Part shown: positions 58,839-64,000 of the stretch, one piece after another
Layout: every line of letters starts with the position of its first letter
How positions within the stretch are numbered: position 1 is the stretch's first letter
Assembly: GCA_963732255.1 (NCBI GenBank)
Contig: CAVSYV010000008.1
Span: 42,649 to 106,648 of the forward strand
Direction: 5' to 3'
DNA: 64,000 bases
From: an uncultured Acidobacteriaceae bacterium
Lineage (GTDB): Bacteria > Acidobacteriota > Terriglobia > Terriglobales > Acidobacteriaceae
The notes under the pieces: model-generated
What the model was told of the DNA's origin: nothing
The model's input: the letters and a program-made list of their open reading frames with translations, nothing else
Database searches by the model: none
Made by a program: the position numbers and the translations under genes

Positions 58839-58894
58839 ACGCGGTGGGATGCTCCCGTGACGATCGCCGTTTTCCTGCCCGCTTCAGAGAACTT

Positions 58895-59491
58895 CTAGTC
58901 CTGTTCACCGAGAGTTTGGACGTATGTTTGGCCGTAAGGATAGAAAAGTTCCTTGCGGCCTTGCTGCCACGCAGCTTTGAGTTCGGGCGTGGTGATGTCC
59001 CAATCTGGCCGGCATTTCTTACTTACTGCACGCAAATCCTGGCGGAGATCTTCCAGCGTGGGCCGGCCCCAAAACCAGTAGCCGTTGTAGATCTTGTAAA
59101 CGACAAGCCCTGGCTCAAGCACAATCACATGCGGGATCATGGGATTGTGCAAAGGATCTGTGTATTCGGCGATATCGAGATCTTTTTGCACAATGCGCCC
59201 GGCGTCCGAGAGGAACGGCCAGTGGGCACCGACCCCGGTGCGATATTCATTCGTTTCCGTAATATTGTCGGTGCTGATCGTAACCAGCCGGCAATAGGCG
59301 ACTTCGATTTCACGGTACAGTTGCACCAATCCTTCCGCCTGCCTGCGGTCTTTGGGACAGAAGCCTCCGCGGCTGAGGACGAGGACCATGGGATGCTGTC
59401 CTTGCAGCTCAGAAAGCCTTCGGCGTTTTGCGGTATGGTCGGAAAGTGTGTAGTCAGGGAAAACGGCGCCCGGAACGATGTCAGATCGCAT
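58895..59491 (-). CDS. Redoxin/peroxiredoxin-like (AhpC/TSA-fold) protein
   Basis: FPDYTLSDHTAKRRRLSELQGQHPMVLVLSRGGFCPKDRRQ has a single peroxidatic-type Cys in an FCP context. Start set at the internal ATG at 59491. Confidence 0.65.
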   Translation of the reverse strand: MRSDIVPGAVFPDYTLSDHTAKRRRLSELQGQHPMVLVLSRGGFCPKDRRQAEGLVQLYREIEVAYCRLVTISTDNITETNEYRTGVGAHWPFLSDAGRIVQKDLDIAEYTDPLHNPMIPHVIVLEPGLVVYKIYNGYWFWGRPTLEDLRQDLRAVSKKCRPDWDITTPELKAAWQQGRKELFYPYGQTYVQTLGEQD

Positions 59492-59566
59492 ATTAGACCT
59501 CAGGCGTTGGATGCACGTCGTCCACGAAAGCCGCAATGTTAGTGCCAGTTGTTTGTCGCGACCTCC

Positions 59567-59889
59567 TCAGCTGGCGCGCCGCAACTGCAGGCCTTGGCGG
59601 GAAGAACTCATAAAGCCTCGAACCAACTCGGCGACCTCATCCGCGGCCGTGTCCAATGCGAAATGGCCCGCATCAACAACATGAACTTCGCTGTTCGGCA
59701 CATTCTGGCGGTATCGTTCCGGCTCGCTCGGATCAAACGCCAGATCATTACCCAGGATGACCGGTAGCCGTGGCTGCGTCCGGCGCATCCATGCCTGCCA
59801 CTTTCTGGCGTCATGAGTATCGCGCTCCTTTGCTGATCTTCAACCTGATACTTCAACATGACGGCCGGAGTTACGAAATAAGTAGCCAT
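59567..59889 (-). pseudogene. C-terminal remnant of an alpha/beta-hydrolase gene
   Basis: Frame ending at 59567 reads WQAWMRRTQPRLPVILGNDLAFDPSEPERYRQNVPNSEVHVVDAGHFALDTAADEVAELVRGFM, the typical last ~70 aa including the catalytic His region. Upstream sequence continues in another frame (YFVTPAVMLKYQVEDQ). There is no room for the GxSxG nucleophile domain because adh ends at 59916. Confidence 0.45.
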
Positions 59890-59915
59890 CTCTCGCCCTT
59901 ACCCGCGGCCAACCC

Positions 59916-60959
59916 TCACATCGTAAGCACCACGCGGAACTGCGCCTTGCCGCTCATCATGCGCGCATAGGCTTCGGCTGCTTTTTCGAGCGGATAAGTT
60001 TCAATCATGGGATGCACGCCACTTAATTCCGCAAAACGCAGCGTATCCTCGGAATCGGCTGGCGTTCCCGCAGCCCAGCCTTGAATGGTCTTACTGCCAT
60101 TGATCAGCTGCACCGGCGAGACCTCAATCGGATCGAACGTGGCGCCAATCACCATGAGCTCGCCGTTGGGGGCCAGACCGTCGATGAGTTCGGACATAGC
60201 TTTCGAGCTTGGTGCCGTCGCCAGAACAACCTGCGCGCCGCCCAGCTTTTGCAACTCCTCGGCTGCTTTGGTCGAGGTGCTGTCGATGTAAACGCTCGCT
60301 CCAAGTTTCTTTGCCAGCACCGCATCTTCAGTCCCGCGACCGATGGCCACGACCTTATAGCCAAACTTTTTCGCGAATTGAATCCCCAAATGACCCAGAC
60401 CGCCGATGCCCAACACCGCAACCAGATCGCCTGGAAGTGCACCGCTATGGCGGAGCGCGTTATACGTAGTAATGCCGGCGCACAGCAGCGGCGCCGCGTC
60501 CACGTCGCTTAGACTGTCCGGTATCGTCACCAGTGCTTCCACGGGAGCCACCATGTATTGCTGGTATCCGCCGTCGTAGTTAATGCCGCAAACTTTCAAG
60601 TTCCTGCAATTGCGGAAATCTCCGCGCCGGCATTCGCGGCACGTATTGTCCTGGCCACCGTGCCAGCCGACTCCCACACGCTGCCCTTTCGTCCACGCCG
60701 AAACCCCATCGCCCACTTCATCGATGATGCCCGCCACTTCATGCCCTGGAACCCGCGGATATTCAATTCCAGGCCACAAGCCTTCTTTTGTCAGCACGTC
60801 ACTGTGGCAAACACCACACGCCTGCACTTTAATCCGTACGTATCCCGCATCCGGCTGAGGAATCTCCCGCTCGACGATTTCGAAATCCGCCCCGGGCTTA
60901 GAAATTTGAGCCACCTTCATTTGCGACACCTTCATCGGCACTACTCTGCTCGTTGCCAT
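59916..60959 (-). CDS. Zinc-dependent alcohol dehydrogenase (AdhP-like MDR)
   Basis: CGVCHSDV, GHEVAGIIDEVG, structural-zinc Cys cluster CRECRRGDFRNC, NAD motif LGIGGLGH. AGGAGG RBS lies 5 nt before the ATG. Confidence 0.92.
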   Translation of the reverse strand: MATSRVVPMKVSQMKVAQISKPGADFEIVEREIPQPDAGYVRIKVQACGVCHSDVLTKEGLWPGIEYPRVPGHEVAGIIDEVGDGVSAWTKGQRVGVGWHGGQDNTCRECRRGDFRNCRNLKVCGINYDGGYQQYMVAPVEALVTIPDSLSDVDAAPLLCAGITTYNALRHSGALPGDLVAVLGIGGLGHLGIQFAKKFGYKVVAIGRGTEDAVLAKKLGASVYIDSTSTKAAEELQKLGGAQVVLATAPSSKAMSELIDGLAPNGELMVIGATFDPIEVSPVQLINGSKTIQGWAAGTPADSEDTLRFAELSGVHPMIETYPLEKAAEAYARMMSGKAQFRVVLTM

Positions 60960-61100
60960 AATTCCTCCTATGAATTTCCCACGTTAGGCTTGCATGAATC
61001 TACCTAAGTGTTGGCGAGCCTATTGAATACTATTTTACTGAAAGCAATCGGGGCATTCCCACCTCGGGAGTCCAGGCTGTGGTCATTCCCTTCTATTTTT

Positions 61101-61811
61101 TTACCAGCGACGCGGCGGAGCGGCACCGTCCACGTGGAGAATCTCTCCGCTCACATGGCCTGCATGTACCAAATAAAGAACGGCATCGACGACATCTTTT
61201 ACCGTCGCCTTTTTCATCACTGGCTGCAATGTCGACTCCTTGGGATCATTGCGGTGCATCTGTGTATCCACGACGCCGGGGGCTACGGCATTAAAGCGAA
61301 TGCCATCGTTGGCATACTCGATTGCAAGATTCTGGGTCACTGAATTCAGTCCACCCTTCGTCATCATGGAAATTGAGCCATTTTCGCCGGCGATTGGACG
61401 ATCAGCCAGCGCCGCGGTGATGCTCACGACGCATCCCGATTTTTGTTTCAGCATCTCTTTCACTGTGCGCTGAGTGACGTAGAAAAACCCGCGCAGATTA
61501 GTGGAGACAAGGGCCTCGAAGTCCTCGATAGTGAAGTCGGTGAAAGGCTTGGTTAGGAAGATGCCGGCGTTGTTCACCAGAACATCGATGGTTCCAAAGT
61601 TTTTGATTGCCGCTTCGACAGACTGAGTGGCAGTTTGCTGCTCGCCGATATCGCCATCGATGAGAACCAGGCTGCGAGAGGCCGTCAACTTTCGACTGGC
61701 GTCACGAGAGGTTGCGACAACGCTATACCCTTCTTGCAGAAACCTTTCGACTAAACCCGCGCCAATACCCGCGGATGCCCCAGTGATAATTGCTGCTTTT
61801 TTGCCCGACAT
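61101..61811 (-). CDS. Short-chain dehydrogenase/reductase (classical SDR)
   Basis: TGASAGIGAGL cofactor motif, NNAG, and the catalytic region around SISMMTKGGLNSV. Confidence 0.9.
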   Translation of the reverse strand: MSGKKAAIITGASAGIGAGLVERFLQEGYSVVATSRDASRKLTASRSLVLIDGDIGEQQTATQSVEAAIKNFGTIDVLVNNAGIFLTKPFTDFTIEDFEALVSTNLRGFFYVTQRTVKEMLKQKSGCVVSITAALADRPIAGENGSISMMTKGGLNSVTQNLAIEYANDGIRFNAVAPGVVDTQMHRNDPKESTLQPVMKKATVKDVVDAVLYLVHAGHVSGEILHVDGAAPPRRW

Positions 61812-61872
61812 AAATAGCCTTTCACGTTAGGTTCGAACCGGCCAAAACGACGCCTCTATCATCTACCATCTA

Positions 61873-62330
61873 TCATCCTGTCGGGAAGACACCTATGGTG
61901 AAACCGGCATCGATTCGCCATTGCCGCATCGGCCCCAGGCTGCGAAAGAAGCCATGCGAGAGGGTGGGGCCTTTGACTTTGGTTTTGCCTTGGCCTGTGT
62001 GGAGCGGGCGCCTCGCCCGCTGCCTTTGACTTTTTGTGCACTCCTGATCGTTCGCATTTAGGTCATCCATTAATGCGGCGACGTTTTTGAATTTGGGGAG
62101 GGATTCCTCGCGCGCTTCTTTTATAGCGGCGACTGTAGTGGGGTTCGGAACCTCGACTTCGAATGGCAGGGCTTTCTCCGTGGCAATGCGGGTAAGCAGG
62201 ACTCTCACGGCGTCCGATACTGAGAGACTATTGCCGACAGGGCTTTTGTGGCCTGCGACTTGACGCGTTTCTCGATGCGGATGTGCACCACCTCGGTCGT
62301 GGTGGGCATGACTTTTTCTCTGAGATACAT
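61873..62330 (-). pseudogene. RelB/DinJ-family antitoxin-like gene, frameshifted near 62222-62235, with an unexplained 3-prime extension
   Basis: AGGAG-N5-ATG at 62330 opens MYLREKVMPTTTEVVHIRIEKRVKSQATKALSAI (RHH beta-strand and helix), which stops after 7 more codons. The adjacent frame continues with LSVSDAVRVLLTRIATEKALPFEVEVPNPTTVAAIKEA, the DinJ core. No recognisable YafQ/RelE toxin follows. Confidence 0.5.
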
Positions 62331-62473
62331 TGTAACTCCTCAGTCGGAATGCGCTAAAGGTCAAAGCAGCGGGCAGGAGTGCCCACGCAGCAAGCAAGTC
62401 AAAATCCCCGCCCTTTCGCACAAAACGGTAGAAGGACGGGGCACGGCTCGGTGGATGATAAAATCAAAAAACG

Positions 62474-63721
62474 ATGATCCCACGTAGAAAAACAGTCACC
62501 GCCCTCGTCGGCGGCGTGCGTGTCGGCTCCGATGCACCCATTGTGGTGCAGTCGATGACCAATACCGACACGGCGGATATTCCTTCTACTGTCCAGCAAT
62601 GCGCGGCGCTGGCTCGCGCCGGCTCGGAACTGGTTCGCGTTACGGTGAACAACGAAGAGGCTGCCGCTGCGGTCCCGCACATCGTTGAGCAACTCGACAA
62701 GCAGGGCCTGCGAGTTCCCATCATCGGCGATTTCCACTACAACGGCCACGTGTTGCTCACCAAGTATCCCGAGTGCGCGCGCGACTTGGCCAAGTACCGC
62801 ATCAATCCCGGCAATGCCAGCATTGGCAAGACGGGCGACTCCAATTTCCGCACTATGATTGAGGTCGCGGTGAAGTATCAAAAGCCGGTGCGCATCGGCG
62901 TGAACTGGGGCTCGCTCGATCAGACTCTCCTCACCCGCATGATGGACGAGAACTCGCTGCTCGCCGAACCCAAAGACGCCCGCGAAGTGACCATGGAAGC
63001 GATGGTGGTAAGCGCGCTGAACTCGGCCGCGCTGGCGGAAAAATACGGCCTGCGTCCCGACCAGATTATTTTGAGCGCGAAAGTGAGCGGCGTGCAGGAT
63101 CTGATTGACGTCTATCGCGCGCTGGCGGCTCGTTGCGATTATCCACTGCACCTGGGATTGACCGAAGCCGGCATGGGCGCCAAAGGCGTTGTCGCTTCCA
63201 GCGCCGCCATGGGCGTGCTGTTGCAGGAAGGCATTGGCGATACGATTCGCGTCTCGCTGACTCCCGCGCCCGGCGGCGATCGCACCGAGGAAGTTCGCGT
63301 GGCGCAGCAGATTCTGCAATCGATGGGTATTCGGAGCTTCACCCCGCAAGTCACTGCCTGCCCCGGCTGCGGCCGCACCACCAGCACGTTCTTCCAGGAA
63401 ATGGCGGAGCAGATTCAAACTTATCTGCGCGAGCAGATGCCAGCATGGAAAGGCCAGTACGTGGGCGTCGAAGAAATGAAGCTCGCGGTCATGGGATGCG
63501 TGGTCAACGGCCCCGGCGAATCCAAGCATGCCAACATCGGCATATCCTTACCGGGAACATTTGAAGAGCCGAAGGCTCCTGTCTATGTCGATGGACGATT
63601 ATTCACCACGCTGAAAGGCGACCGCATCGTCGCCGAGTTCATCGACATTCTTGACGACTATGTCGACTCGCACTACGCCGCGCGAGAAGCGGTGAAAGAA
63701 GAAGTTCCAACCAAAGCGTAG
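62474..63721 (+). CDS. ispG: 4-hydroxy-3-methylbut-2-en-1-yl diphosphate synthase (flavodoxin), MEP pathway
   Basis: [41 protein letters not shown], and Fe-S cysteines in TACPGCGRT and [10 protein letters not shown]. Confidence 0.95.
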   Translation: MIPRRKTVTALVGGVRVGSDAPIVVQSMTNTDTADIPSTVQQCAALARAGSELVRVTVNNEEAAAAVPHIVEQLDKQGLRVPIIGDFHYNGHVLLTKYPECARDLAKYRINPGNASIGKTGDSNFRTMIEVAVKYQKPVRIGVNWGSLDQTLLTRMMDENSLLAEPKDAREVTMEAMVVSALNSAALAEKYGLRPDQIILSAKVSGVQDLIDVYRALAARCDYPLHLGLTEAGMGAKGVVASSAAMGVLLQEGIGDTIRVSLTPAPGGDRTEEVRVAQQILQSMGIRSFTPQVTACPGCGRTTSTFFQEMAEQIQTYLREQMPAWKGQYVGVEEMKLAVMGCVVNGPGESKHANIGISLPGTFEEPKAPVYVDGRLFTTLKGDRIVAEFIDILDDYVDSHYAAREAVKEEVPTKA

Positions 63722-63759
63722 CGACGCGTTCTGGCGCGCTATTGTCCCTTGAAGGCGCT

Positions 63760-64000
63760 TTATTGCCCCGCGAAAAGAAAGATCGGATTCTCGGTCGGTG
63801 GTTGGCTATTCGATCCCGCGGGCAGAGGAGTGAAGGGCATCTCCAGGTCGAGCACCAGAGTATCGATGGCGCTGCTGGCACCGGCCGAATTGGGGTTGGT
63901 GGTGGTGGTAATGTCGGCTATCGAACCGGCGTCGCAGATGGCGACGTAGACCCGGCTGCTGTCGATGGATGCAGCTGAGGACATGCGGAAGCGGGTCGCT
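63760..64000 (-). CDS. Hypothetical protein, probably 5-prime truncated by the window end
   Basis: Open frame on the minus strand from the window edge to the stop at 63760 (…SSRVYVAICDAGSIADITTTTNPNSAGASSAIDTLVLDLEMPF…). No motif recognised. Confidence 0.25.
   Translation of the reverse strand, partial: ATRFRMSSAASIDSSRVYVAICDAGSIADITTTTNPNSAGASSAIDTLVLDLEMPFTPLPAGSNSQPPTENPIFLFAGQ

Noticed and set aside
61822-61842. tRNA-like GGTTCGAACC sequence
   Set aside because: It resembles a T-arm, but no acceptor stem, anticodon arm or D-arm can be built around it. It lies in the 5-prime leader of the SDR gene.
61859-62041. 60-aa ORF (MHKKSKAAGEAPAPH...) as a candidate YafQ/RelE toxin next to the DinJ-like gene
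   Set aside because: No similarity to the RelE/YafQ catalytic pattern could be recognised. The composition is Pro/Arg/Gln-rich, and the ORF overlaps the antitoxin-frame extension.
1-64000. CRISPR arrays, prophage or defence-system gene clusters
   Set aside because: No repeat-spacer periodicity was seen. No phage structural or integrase genes are present. No nuclease, helicase or methylase pairs typical of defence islands appear in any of the supported ORFs.

Overview
GC-rich chromosomal segment from a Gram-negative bacterium. The gene content (tricorn-type protease, giant Wza, TonB, PEP-CTERM-style EPS genes) suggests Acidobacteriota, but that is inference only. No rRNA, tRNA, CRISPR array, prophage or recognisable defence island was found.

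Layout:
- 1-13.7 kb: housekeeping and accessory genes. These are an M19 dipeptidase, an ABC-2 exporter with an embedded thioredoxin-like gene, a frameshifted uvrA, three secreted proteins including a TPR protein, one IS110-family insertion and a DUF45 metallopeptidase.
- 13.9-18.9 kb: an FTR1-type iron-uptake operon. The permease is fused to a Cys-rich DUF2318-like domain, and the MacB-type ABC ATPase is fused to a complete DtxR-like metalloregulator. No P19 gene is present.
- 18.9-33.3 kb: murI, a GNAT, tonB, a cytochrome c, the mce-mutA-mutB-meaB propionate module, a frameshifted tricorn-like protease and degP/htrA.
- 33.6-57.3 kb (minus strand): one roughly 23.7-kb Wzx/Wzy-type exopolysaccharide operon headed by a NusG/RfaH-like antiterminator. 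It encodes a giant Wza, a PAP2-Wzi fusion, Wzz, UDP-sulfoquinovose synthase, a FemAB-like acyltransferase, Wzx, Wzy, a sulfotransferase, two GT2s, a DUF3473 deacetylase, two methyltransferases, PglE/PglC/PglF-like enzymes and a terminal APS reductase.
- 57.4-64 kb: two atypical response regulators, redox enzymes, a degraded DinJ-like antitoxin and ispG.

Most interesting observations:
- The sulfur triad in the EPS operon (SqdB, sulfotransferase, CysH) predicts a sulfonated and/or sulfated polysaccharide with its own sulfite supply.
- The ABC-ATPase::DtxR and FTR1::DUF2318 fusions.
- The PAP2::Wzi fusion.

At least five conserved genes are broken by single-nucleotide frameshifts. This is either assembly indel error or real gene decay, and it must be resolved before any pseudogene biology is claimed.
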